DNA of 44,879 nucleotides from Candidatus Gastranaerophilales bacterium (GCA_021205645.1 JAJPXE010000114.1:1-44879), one strand, 5' to 3'. Counted from the stretch's first letter, positions 27,501 through 37,848 are shown. Made by a program: numbers and translations. Notes: a model not told the origin generated them from the sequence alone.

Positions 27501-28058
27501 GTGGGAAAGACGAATTATAGCGGTGTATTTGACGGCATTTTAAATGATGCGGAAACGATTGCAAAAGACAAAGTAAGAAGTGTAGGGAAAGAGATTTCCA
27601 GCAAAATGTACACTGCGGCTCAAAGGTATGTTGATGAGTATTATGGGAATTATACGCCTAGAAAGTATAAACGGTTGCACGAGTTGAAGACTCTAGCGAA
27701 TCCTGTTTATGAAGAATCCAGTTCTGGCAATATGTTTACGGTAACTGCTGGTGTGGAATATGACCCAGGGGCTATCGCTGGGGCGCATAAAAGTAACTCT
27801 TGGTACCATCAGTCTGGAAGCAACTGGGTTGACAGGTACAGTAGAAGCGATGACCAAAATAATGGCATTCCAGAGGCCGACTGGATTTTTGAAAATTTCT
27901 GGGCTGGCACACACCCTGTTTTTAAAAATGGGGAGCAAAGTTATGTGGCAGACCCGCAATCTCAAGAGCGTTTAATCAATGATTATATGGATGATGAGAT
28001 TGTGGCAAAGATGAACAGCTTACTAGCATTAACTGTTTCAGAACTTGGATTACTTTGA
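27501..28058 (+). CDS. hypothetical tail-module protein (185 aa)
   Basis: GTG start with a weak SD. Lies immediately upstream of the TMP gene. Confidence 0.4.
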   Translation: MGKTNYSGVFDGILNDAETIAKDKVRSVGKEISSKMYTAAQRYVDEYYGNYTPRKYKRLHELKTLANPVYEESSSGNMFTVTAGVEYDPGAIAGAHKSNSWYHQSGSNWVDRYSRSDDQNNGIPEADWIFENFWAGTHPVFKNGEQSYVADPQSQERLINDYMDDEIVAKMNSLLALTVSELGLL

Positions 28059-28076
28059 TATGGGAGGTGAGAAAAT

Positions 28077-31000
28077 ATGGCAGATAAAAAAAGACAAGTT
28101 GTTGTAGAGCTGTCGTTAGATACAAAAGACGCAGAAAAGAATATGAAAAAAATTACTGCAAATCTCGAAACGATGGCTGAAAGTGCCGGGAAATATGGTG
28201 ATTTTTCCTATTTTACGACATTATTAGACTATCTTGCGCAGATAGAAGATAGGTTGAATGAGTTACAAAAGCAAGACTCTGTTAAATTTGAAGATATTTT
28301 TGGGAAGAATGCAACAACTTTTATTGACTCTATTACCAAGTCGGTATCTTCGCTTTTAGAGGCTCCAGAACTTCTTGAACAGGCTGTATCCAAAATTGCT
28401 TCTATGGACTTTTCTGGAAATGCGGAGGAGGCACGAGAGGCAATTGAATTGCTTATAAATGTTTATCAACGTCTTGGACTTGAGGCCCCGAATGCTTTTG
28501 ACGGATATGAAAATTGGGATACCTCCACTTTAAGGTCTAAAGTAGATGATATTAAAAAAGCTGCGACAGATTTAAGTGGTATTGATTGGGGAAAAGCATT
28601 TAATGTAGAGGTTCCAGGTTCTATAGAAGAACAAATAAAAGAACTTGATAAACAGGTTACTAACCTTCAAAGAGTGAAGACTAGATGGAATAAAGCGATT
28701 GAAAACTGGGAACTCAATGGCATTGTTCCCAAGGGCAAAGAAGGCTCTACAAAAGAAGAAATTGACGAATATTGTGATATGCTTAGAAGCAATATTGAAC
28801 AGATTGATGAGCAAATGGAGTCGTTGTTCTCTAAAAAGTACGATTTGTCTCCAGATTCTATTTTCCAAGATTTTAATGATGCTGTAACAAAAGCATTTGA
28901 TTTTGATTTAGACACCGAGGAACAATCGCTTCGGACGCACTTAGATAAAATGCAAGCAATGGTGGACGCCTGTAGGGAAAATATTGATAGCGGTCTTGCC
29001 AACGAGTTGCAGGGAGTGCTTGATGATATTAATAGATATACCTTTAAACCAGATGAGGTTGATACAAGTGGCATTCAGAAAAGCATGGAAGCCATTATTG
29101 AGAAATATCAAAAAACTAGCGAGGCTGCCAATGATACAAAGCAAGAAGTTGTAAGCGCAAATGACGAAATAAATAACAGCTTCAATTCCAGTGGGGATGG
29201 CAATCCTAAAGCCGTACAACAGTATGAAGACCTTGGGGAAGCTGCTGCCAGTGCTGGTGATGCGGCCAAAGGTGCCGGAGATGATATTAAGAACGCCCTA
29301 AGTGGTAGTATTGGCAACGGAGCAAATGAGACTAAAAACAGTCTAAATGATGTGGCTGATGCCGCAGAAAATGCAGGAGATGCGACGAAGGCTGCCGGGA
29401 GTGCAATGGAAAGCGCATTTGATGGCAGTAATCCAAAAATAGCGGAATTACAGCAGCAGCTTGAAGAGATGACAAAAAAAGCGGCAGCAGCAGAACAAGA
29501 AGCGTATGATTTAGGGTCTGATGTATCTCATTTGCAGCAAGAGAACAGCGAACTTGGGAACTCATTATTAGATGCAAATAACAAAATTGAGGAAATGACT
29601 AAAAACCTGTCGGAGCAGGCTACCAAAATACAACAGCTTGAAAGTACAGTCTCTGGTATGGGCGATGGTTGGAGTAAGTATTTTGATGCAAGTGACCAAA
29701 TTGAAGCACAAAAGAAGCAAATAGCGGAGTTATCAACAACGTGCGAAACACTTCGGAGTGTACTCGATAACACGGATTCTGTGTGGGGCATTGAGAAGAA
29801 GCTAGAGTCTGTTTCAAGTGCGCTTCAACAGATGTCTGAAATGGTTGTTCAGTCCGCAGAGAAGGTCGACCAGCTTCAAAAAGAGTTTTCTGAGTTGAAT
29901 ACGCAAGCAGGAACCAATTCGATTTCAAGCGAGTCCTTTAATGAAATACTTCAAATATTAAAAGAGCTTGTTGCAGAGATGCAACCGTTTGTGTCCGCGT
30001 TGAATAATAGCGAGACTGCCCTAGGACAAATGGCAACTGAGGGCGGAGCCAGCATTCAGACATTGGTTGGGCAGCTTGAATCGCTTAGTGCAACACTTGA
30101 TGAGATTTCACAGAAATCTTTGGGAATAAACATTTTCCAGAAAGCAAGTGGGAGTGGCGGTACAGACCTTGCCGCATATAAAGAATCTTTGTTGTCTTTA
30201 CAAGACCCATTAACGCAGACAATAAGACTGGCACAAACGTTATCTGGCACAAATGGGACAGTTGCGCAAGCTGCGTATGGTATTGCTGATGCTATTGGCA
30301 GCCTTTCCAATGTAAAGAGTAAAGCGGCTATTGAAAATAATGCTAACGAATTACAACATTGGTACAACGTTCTTGTCCAAATAATTGAAGCCTCTGGGCA
30401 AGCGGAACAAATCAATTTTGAAAAGATTAAATTCCCAACGGCAGCAGATTTCAGTACAGATGCTACAGATAAATTCTTGCAGAGCCTCACAGATATAAAT
30501 ACGCAGTCGCAAACCACGACGGTTGAAACGACGCAAAATTTCACTGAGCTGGTTGCCGTTTTAGAGAAACTTTCAACCACCCTTGACGAGGTTGTCAAAA
30601 CATTCGATGGGCTAAAACTCAATATTAGCACAGAAGAACTTAGTCAATCTTTGGAACAAATTAAGCGACTTGAGCAGGAAATCGCTGATTTGAAGCAGCA
30701 GATGGCAGAAGTTAATGCAAATACTGGTGAAACAGGCGGCATGAAGGAAGGCTTTAAAGAAATTGCTGATGCTGCGGAAGATACGGCTCAAAAAGTTGAA
30801 GGCATTAAAGATAGTGTTGAGGAAACGCAGCAAGCGCTTGAAGATGCTGGTAAGGCGGCTAAGGAAGCGTTTGGTGACGAGGCCACCGCAGGTATAGATA
30901 ACGTACAAGATGAGGTAAAAGAGACTGTCGATGTTACACAGGAAGCTGCGCAAGATATTAAGCAGGCAGGAGAAGAAATCAAAAATGCGTTTAGTGATAC

Positions 31001-32476
31001 TGATATATACAGTTATCAGAACGCACTTGAGGGTTCACTTCAAAGAAAAAATAGCAATACGTTCCAGTGGATAGTTCAAGATGCTGACGAGGCTCTTGTA
31101 GAGGTGACTGCGGTTCTTGGGAAACTCGGAGATATTACGATTACAAAGAATCCAATTGAAGATATATTTTCCAGTGACTACAGTTCAAAATGGTTGAAGA
31201 ACATCCAGTCCGAGATGACTAAAACTATTAACGAGCTTGCTCAGTCTATGACAAAATTATCAAAGATGGACGTTGGTACGCAGCAGTTTACTGAATTGGA
31301 AAATCGAATTTCTGAATTGCGAGTTAGACTTTCAGACTTACAGGGGCAGTTGAATAATAGCACTTCTATCGGAACTGGAAATATCGAGAGCCAGCTTAAT
31401 AAGATATTCTCTAATTTTGGAGTAAGCGCAAGCCAGGAGATTGAAAAAGTAAAATCGTCATTTAATAGTTTGAGTGATGAAGCAAAGTCTAGTCTAAACG
31501 AGTTAGAGCAAAATGTTGATGGCGTTGAGGCAGATATTAAAGCCTTAGACGATGCGTTTGAAAATTTCAAATCTGCGCAAACTTTTGACGAGAAAACTGC
31601 GGCGGCGCAAGAGCTTGCAGAGGCTATATCCAAGACAACTGCTGAAGTCAAAGTTTTAAAAACGGCGGAGGATACATTAAATTCATCACAAAGTTTGTCT
31701 ACTGATATTCAGACATGGATGGATGAAAACCAAAAGGCTGCCAAGCAATTTGGGGACAGGCTGGATGAGCTGCAAGATAAATTAAAAAATAATATTGACC
31801 CGGCTAAACTAAAAGAGTGTGCGCAAGAGTTTGAAAATATCCAAGCTGAGGCTAAAAGTGCCAATTTGGTTACAAGCGATTTTGCTAAGTCGGCGGGCAA
31901 ACTTGCCCTTCAGCTTGCTGGCCTTGATACAACTTATGAAGTATTCCAAAAAATAGTTCAGGTCGTGCGCGAAGGCATTGAGGTTGTAACCGAGCTTGAT
32001 TCTGCTATGGCACAGTTAAAGATTGTTACTGGGGCCACAGACAGTGAGATGACGCAGTTCTTAGAGGAATCTATCTCGCTGGCGAAAGAGCTTGGGCAGA
32101 GTGTCAGTGACATATTGGGGACTATTGAAACGTTCTCTCGTTTGGGATACGACCTCGAAGAAGCCTCTACATTAACTGAATTTGCCAGTATTTTATCTAA
32201 TGTAGCAGATGTTGACATTGATGATGCGACGACTGGTCTAACTTCAATTGTTAAGGCATATGGGTATGCTGCTGAGGATGCCGAGCAGGTGTCCGATATT
32301 TTAATCACAGTTGGACAAAATTACGCAATTAGCGCGGAAGAAATTATGACTGCCTTGGAGAAATCTGGTTCTGCGTTGAGCGCTACGGGACTTTCTCTGG
32401 AGGAGTCTGTTGCGTTGTTGGCGGCTGCGAATAGCTCAATTCAAGATGCCTCCAGCGTGGGCACTGCGATGAAGAC
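28077..32476 (+). CDS. tail tape measure protein, exon 1
   Basis: GGGAGGTGAG SD. About 1,466 codons of coiled-coil-like sequence ending in a TMP-core-like ...SSVGTAMKT. The ORF runs a few codons into the intron (stop at 32510). Confidence 0.75.
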
Positions 32477-33040
32477 AGGATTTTGTCTTTATGTACAGAA
32501 ATGTGCATAGTGAACATATTTAACTGCGGGTAATGGGTAAAGTCTTGCACCACAATAGCGGGGAAACCACGCTATGAAGGGACGAAAGTAGAAACAACGC
32601 AAGAATGGCATATGGCTAAAAGCCTAAGTGCTTGTACAATCCCTGTTCCGCAACTAAGCTCCCTAACGTACCCCGTGGAACACACGGTACTTGAGTCGAG
32701 GGAGAAAGTTCAACGACCATTCCCATGTAGGGGTTGCAGGGAAGAATAAAGGTGGAAACCCTGAATACTGCAACCATCAGAAGTAGGGCGCAATCGCAAA
32801 TGGCGTGGGTGAAAACCCCTTAAATCGAAAAGGTATGCTTGCTGCTCAAATAGAACGTGAGTAAGAAATGGTCTTATCTCATATGAGAATATGAGTATTA
32901 TAAAGCCAAGAATGTTAAGTAGAGGCCCACGGTAAAGTGGGGTGCCACTTTTCTTGATGCGGGTATCTATTTGTGGTACAATAAAAACAGTAATAGGCTT
33001 TGTAGTAGATGTGTGTTGCGAACACATTTAAAAATGTATG
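32477..33040 (+). mobile_element. group I intron 1 of TMP gene (ORF-less)
   Basis: R-like GTTCAACGACCATTCCC (GACCAT 32715-32720) pairs with S-like AAGAAATGGTCT (ATGGTC 32868-32873). Clearly homologous to TMP intron 2. P1 candidate is AAGAC (32472-32476) / GTCTT (32485-32489). Ends ...TATG. Boundaries are good to a few nt. Confidence 0.7.
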
Positions 33041-33415
33041 AGTTTCGGCACGAATTCGTGGAGCCACCACTGAACTAGAGGAGATGGGAGAAGAAACCGA
33101 GGGACTGGCAGATGGCCTTTCAAAATATAATGATGAAATTATGGCACTCACTGGCGTCTCTATTCTCAAAGAAGGAACAACAAACGAGTACAAAGACCTT
33201 TATGATATTTTCTATGAATTATCTCAAATTTGGGATACATTGTCTGATACCGCACAATCTCGTGTGTCGGAGATTCTTGGCGGCACAAGGCAATTAAGTG
33301 TAACTTCCAGCTTAATCAATAATTTCAGTGATGCTGAAGGAGCGCTTACAGATGCTTTGGAATCTAGTGGCACTGCACTAGCTTCCAATGAGGTGTATAT
33401 GGACACCATCGAGGC
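33041..33415 (+). CDS. tail tape measure protein, exon 2
   Basis: Frame opens at 33042 with no SD. The junction gives ...AMKT|VSARIRGATTELEEMGEETEGL, a TMP-core-like motif. Ends ...NEVYMDTIEA. Confidence 0.7.
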
Positions 33416-35688
33416 AGTGTGTTTTTTGCCTCTTTGTATAGAAATATGCAAATTAGGACACATCTAAATGCAGGTAAAGGATAAGAGCCTTGCACCATAA
33501 TAACAGGGAAACCATGTTATGACGGGGCGAAAGCAGAAACAACGCAAGGATGGCATATGGTCAAAAACCTAAGTGTTATAGTAATTCCTGTTCATGCAGC
33601 GAAATACCCTAACGTTATTCACAGACCATGTGATAGTTAGTCGAGGGTATACGTTCACAGACTATCCCCATATCGGGGCCGCAAAAATAAAATAAAGGTG
33701 GAAATCCTGAATATTGCGGCCATTAGGAGTACGGCGCAAGCAAAGGCGCGGGAGAATCCCCCATAATCGGAAAAGGTGTGCTTGCTGTTCTAAGGAACGT
33801 GAGTAAGAAATAGTCGAGTCTCATATGAGAATATGAGGGTTATTAACTTTAAATAAAGGAACTATGGTATGGAAGCAGAAATTTATGAGCAAATAATTGC
33901 AGATTATAAAAACGGCACATCTTTTAAAGAAATAGGAGAAAAATACCAATATGATGTAAAATATCTTAAAAACAAGTTGGCGCAAGACGGCTACTATATT
34001 CCAGGTAAATATTTGCGATTTACAGAAGCCGAAATTAGTTTGATAAACCAATATTATCCAGATGGAGATTTAGACGAGCTGTTCCAAAAAATTCCAAATC
34101 ATACTCCAGAGGCGATAATATTAAAGGCTAAAAAGATGGAGACTGATTCTGGGGAATATAGTAGCTTAGAGAAAATGAAGCATCTTATTTCTGGTAAACC
34201 GTATACAATGGATGAAAGCACATTTAATCCAGATGATGGAAGTTTTTGTGCAATTACGCAAGATGGGTATAAAGTTCTAATTCGTAGAACAACGTTGAAT
34301 AAAAAGAAACTCCCAGACTTTTTCAATGTAAAGAACCCGTATACAGTGGACAATATTCGGCACTATACAGAATTGAATGGAATTGAAACAGAGCTGTTGT
34401 CAAATAGTTATTTTGGGCAAAATGAAAAACTTGATTGGAAATGTGGTAGATGTGGAGTGCATTTCACAGCCTCTTGGAAGCAATTCCTACGAGGAAAACG
34501 GCTATGTGACGCTTGCACCAAAAAAGCGACCAGAGAAAAACAGCAACTTGATATGGACTATGTAATTAAGGTTTTGTCTGAATGTGGGTACATATTAAAA
34601 GAATATAATGAAGATGTGCCAATTTCTAAACAGTCTATTGTCTTGGAGGATAACGAGGGATACAAATATGAGGCAATATGGAATCATGTTTTAGACGGAA
34701 TCAAGCCGCATTGTTTTGACCCGGCAAATAAGTTTACGATTGAGAACATTAATCATTATCTTTCACGCACGGGGCGCTCCGATTACTCTTGTATCTCGGA
34801 GGTATATACTGGAAATCATTCTCCATTGGCATTTGTACATAAACCATGTGGGACAATTTTCAAGTCTTCTTTGGTTGCCATGCAGGGAAAAGAGATAGAA
34901 GGTGCGGAGGAGAGACGATGGAAAACTTGTCCAAATTGCTTTCCACGGAGAATTGAATCACTTCATGCCTCAGTCCTCAAACAGGTGTTCTTACATGAGT
35001 ATCCAGACACAGTTATAGAAGACCAGTCATGTAGAAATCCAAATAGCGGACTTCCGCTCCCAACCGACATAGTAAATCATAGGTTGAAAATTGCCGTTGA
35101 GATTCAAAGTCAATACCATGACGGAGAACGTCAGGCAATAAAAGATGCGATTAAAAGAGAGTTTTGGCTCAACAAAGGATACAAATTTTATGGCCCAGAT
35201 ATTCGTGATTATTCAGTGCTTGGTATTGTGCAAGTATTTTTTCCTAGTATTAAAGAACTGCCGACATATTTAAATTATAATTATTCGTGTAGTGCAAGTA
35301 CCAAAATTGCTGAAGATTTGTTGAATGCAGGGCTTACGATAGGTGAAGTTGCGGATGCAATGGATGTGAAATATTCTACAATCTATGACATAGTACAATC
35401 AAAACGGATTGTTCTTCCTGCTAATTATACAAGAAGGCCAAAAAACGTAAAGGCGATTGTTCAGTTGGACGAAAATGGAGAATATTTAAATACCTTTTCG
35501 TCTTTCCTGGATATAGAACGAAATGGTTATAACAGGTATTCTATACGCAAAAAACTGAAATCTGGAGAGCATCTTTCTCAAGGCTTTTATTGGATTTTTG
35601 AGAAAGATTATAAACAAGGAGTAGTAGAAATATAATTTTAAAGTTAATAACCGGCTAGACGTTGCGAATCTAGCTAAATATGAAAATG
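33416..35688 (+). mobile_element. group I intron 2 of TMP gene (carries homing endonuclease ORF)
   Basis: R-like CACAGACTATCCCC (GACTAT 33660-33665) pairs with S-like AAGAAATAGTCG (ATAGTC 33810-33815). Long stretches are near-identical to intron 1. P1 candidate is GAGGC (33411-33415) / GCCTC (33428-33432). Ends ...AAAATG (35688). Confidence 0.7.
33869..35635 (+). CDS. intron-encoded putative homing endonuclease (PD-(D/E)XK / Vsr-like core with HTH and Zn-ribbon modules)
   Basis: Sits after P7' of intron 2. Candidate nuclease core is LPLPTDIVNHRLKIAVEIQSQYHDG...KREFWLNKGYKF. Two repeated modules each end in a Cys cluster (CGRCG...CDAC and C...CPNC). HTH-like ends. Confidence 0.55.
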   Translation: MEAEIYEQIIADYKNGTSFKEIGEKYQYDVKYLKNKLAQDGYYIPGKYLRFTEAEISLINQYYPDGDLDELFQKIPNHTPEAIILKAKKMETDSGEYSSLEKMKHLISGKPYTMDESTFNPDDGSFCAITQDGYKVLIRRTTLNKKKLPDFFNVKNPYTVDNIRHYTELNGIETELLSNSYFGQNEKLDWKCGRCGVHFTASWKQFLRGKRLCDACTKKATREKQQLDMDYVIKVLSECGYILKEYNEDVPISKQSIVLEDNEGYKYEAIWNHVLDGIKPHCFDPANKFTIENINHYLSRTGRSDYSCISEVYTGNHSPLAFVHKPCGTIFKSSLVAMQGKEIEGAEERRWKTCPNCFPRRIESLHASVLKQVFLHEYPDTVIEDQSCRNPNSGLPLPTDIVNHRLKIAVEIQSQYHDGERQAIKDAIKREFWLNKGYKFYGPDIRDYSVLGIVQVFFPSIKELPTYLNYNYSCSASTKIAEDLLNAGLTIGEVADAMDVKYSTIYDIVQSKRIVLPANYTRRPKNVKAIVQLDENGEYLNTFSSFLDIERNGYNRYSIRKKLKSGEHLSQGFYWIFEKDYKQGVVEI

Positions 35689-35868
35689 AAAAACAAGCCA
35701 ATTCAGTGCTGCTGTTCAAGAACTCGCATCTGATGCTCTTGACACAGACCTAATTAAAAATATCGTAGACCTTGGAACGGACTTAATTGAAGTCCTAGAT
35801 GCAATCATAGATAATGTCGGAATGCTTGGCGTCGCAATTGGCGCTGTTGGTATTGCGGCATTCGCAAA
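35689..35868 (+). CDS. tail tape measure protein, exon 3 (3' end uncertain, 35866-35878)
   Basis: Reads KTSQFSAAVQELASDALDTDLIKNIVDLGTDLIEVLDAIIDNVGMLGVAIGAVGIAAFAK, a typical TMP core continuation. The frame hits TGA at 35879 inside sequence resembling the 5' ends of introns 1 and 2. Confidence 0.6.
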
Positions 35869-36326
35869 GAGTTTTGTTTGACCCAAAAATATGATGAGTC
35901 TCCAAATTCATCACGCATTGGGTGACAAATCCGCAAAAAGCGGAGACAAACGTGGACGAGGCTTGGCGTTGCGCCGCAGGCATAATTAACCTGCGGCTAC
36001 ACTCCACGCACAAGTCCATGAGTAGTTCTCTTTTAAAACAAAAACTAAGGGGTAAATGCTGGAAACACCGGTTAAACCGTTCTGCCTGAATTTTTTAGGA
36101 GCGAAAGCAGAAACAAGTGAACGGCTGGCGCAAGGGAATACATAAGCCTAAACGCTACGCGACGCGAATAGCGGAGCAGATGGTCAATCAGCAGGACGGC
36201 ATGAGCTGTAAAAGCGAGTGCAATCCTCAGAGACTACCCACCCTTCGGGCTGCTACGCATATACAAACGCGGCAACCTGTAATGTATAGTCCAAATGCGG
36301 AAAAACAGGCAGCAAAGCAAAAAAAC

Positions 36327-36362
36327 GGGAAGATGCCCCCGCAGTAACGAGAACATCTTCCC
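36327..36362 (-). terminator. rho-independent terminator (minus strand)
   Basis: Minus strand reads GGGAAGATG...CATCTTCCC followed by GTTTTTTT. Confidence 0.6.
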
Positions 36363-36368
36363 TGCGCA

Positions 36369-36455
36369 CTAGGCGCAGAAGCGGTACCTGACCGAAGTCC
36401 GTACCTGGATACGAGCCTTAACTCGTACCTTTACAGTACACTTAACTTTAGCCAT
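36369..36455 (-). CDS. 28-codon highly basic mini-ORF (may be non-coding)
   Basis: Minus strand has an AAAGGAGGTGG SD, 6 nt, then ATG. Translates MAKVKCTVKVRVKARIQVRTSVRYRFCA. Lies between a consensus promoter and a terminator, but also inside intron-structured sequence. Confidence 0.3.
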   Translation of the reverse strand: MAKVKCTVKVRVKARIQVRTSVRYRFCA

Positions 36456-36551
36456 GTGTACCACCTCCTTTCTAGGCCGTCAGGGAAAGAGGGTGTCAAC
36501 GACTTTCCCATTTCGGCTCTAAAAAGCAAAGCAAAAGGTGTTACTACACAT

Positions 36552-36580
36552 ATTATATACGGGCTTGGTATTTTTGTCAA
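36552..36580 (-). promoter_or_regulatory. perfect-consensus sigma-70 promoter (minus strand), firing antisense into the intron core
   Basis: Minus strand reads TTGACA (36580-36575), exactly 17 nt, TATAAT (36557-36552). Confidence 0.6.
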
Positions 36581-36723
36581 TGCGCGTTGCTTTGTTACCT
36601 TAATTATATTCTGAGAACCTATCTCTCGATTGTGGTTCCCCTGGCGCGGGGATGATGGGGGGCGCCATTAACATATTTTATATTCATTTTAGAAATAGTA
36701 CAAGAAATATGTCGTAAAAAGGC

Positions 36724-36752
36724 TTGACAACATCCTTGCGTAGATTTATACT
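36724..36752 (+). promoter_or_regulatory. sigma-70-type promoter for the cassette + strand genes
   Basis: TTGACA (36724-36729), 17 nt, TATACT (36747-36752). Lies 40 nt upstream of the GGAGGGAAATATG start. Confidence 0.6.
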
Positions 36753-36792
36753 TTTAATAAAAATACGGGAGGTGTTGTTTTTGGAGGGAAAT

Positions 36793-37104
36793 ATGCAGAG
36801 AAAACCAAACATCCCACCAGATGGTTTGGCGCGTAAACGACGCAAATCTGGAAGGCCGTTGTATAGGGGTATAATACATTACACTGGAGACAAAAACATT
36901 TCTAATAGTAATGGTTCTTTTATTGTTTATACAGGGCAATATAAAGGTGTAAAGCATTTTAATAAAAAATTGGTAATCAGATGGGAAACAAAGAAGCCTA
37001 TCACTAATGGGCTACAGGCAGCATCTGATGTACCGAAAGAGGGAGCGGGCAGACCTATTTTACCAAAGCCTGCCCCAACAAAAAGGGACGGTGATAAAAA
37101 ATAG
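36793..37104 (+). CDS. small basic protein with AT-hook-like GRP motifs (103 aa)
   Basis: GGAGGG SD. ARKRRKSGRPLYRG and EGAGRPILPKP resemble AT-hook cores. Lys-rich tail. Confidence 0.55.
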   Translation: MQRKPNIPPDGLARKRRKSGRPLYRGIIHYTGDKNISNSNGSFIVYTGQYKGVKHFNKKLVIRWETKKPITNGLQAASDVPKEGAGRPILPKPAPTKRDGDKK

Positions 37105-37229
37105 ATGCACTTTTAGTTTGTATACAGGGTATAGCCATTATTATAGATGGGCTTATACCGGGACTTATATGCTGCGAAGTCTTTTTATTCCTTAGCTCTA
37201 AAAAAGTCTCTCATTTAGAATTAAGGTTA

Positions 37230-37754
37230 TTGGCATATATTATTATTACGAGAGCAATTAAGTCGTTGATGGCGTTATTACATGGCTTTATTTTTGCGCA
37301 ATGGCATCCAGGGGATTTACAAAAAATTATAGTATATTACTTTTTTGCTGTTATTCTTGGGGTTATGTCCGCAATTATTTGGAAAAGTGATAAGTTCTCC
37401 CGTGCTTTGTTGAAATTTTCCAGGAAGACAACAGACTCTGATATCTTCAATGGGCTACTTGATTTTGATGGGGGCACGGGGGTAAATGTTGTGTTGAAAA
37501 ATGGAGATATTATAAATGGCTCTGTTTTTCGAGTAGAAGAAAACGGAAATGATTCTTGGATAGCATTACATGATTATGATATATATCAACATGATGGTCT
37601 TGAAGTTCATTCTTCTGATTTTAAAGAGGAAGGAATTGTATTGATAAAGCGGAATGATATTTTAAGGATTCATTATACCTACACCCCAAATACTAAAATG
37701 TCAGATGCGCTCGTGCAACAAAGGGGACGGCGCATAGAAAAAAATAAAAAATAA
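37230..37754 (+). CDS. membrane-anchored protein of unknown function (174 aa)
   Basis: Two N-terminal hydrophobic helices (SLMALLHGFIFAQW, IIVYYFFAVILGVMSAIIW) and a beta-rich C-terminal domain. TTG start with a weak SD, so the start is uncertain. Confidence 0.45.
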   Translation: MAYIIITRAIKSLMALLHGFIFAQWHPGDLQKIIVYYFFAVILGVMSAIIWKSDKFSRALLKFSRKTTDSDIFNGLLDFDGGTGVNVVLKNGDIINGSVFRVEENGNDSWIALHDYDIYQHDGLEVHSSDFKEEGIVLIKRNDILRIHYTYTPNTKMSDALVQQRGRRIEKNKK

Positions 37755-37790
37755 CAAAACCGAGCAAGTATTCACGCCTGCTCGGTTTTA
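37755..37790. terminator. bidirectional rho-independent terminator between convergent cassette genes
   Basis: CCGAGCA / TGCTCGG stem flanked by an A-run on the left (AACAAAA) and a T-run on the right (TTTTA). Confidence 0.65.
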
Positions 37791-37848
37791 ATGTTTGCTT
37801 ATTTATTTCGTATTAGAATTTATAACCGCAATCTTGGCATTGGTGGGG

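Noticed and set aside
30056-30631. 191-aa and other minus-strand ORFs inside TMP exon 1, with similar ones inside exon 4
   Set aside because: They are antisense to a long repetitive coiled-coil gene. They have no start signals and are typical by-products of GAA/GCN-rich coding sequence.
36117-36347. 76-aa + strand ORF in intron 3
   Set aside because: It lies in sequence homologous to the structured cores of introns 1 and 2. It has no SD and overlaps the minus-strand terminator.
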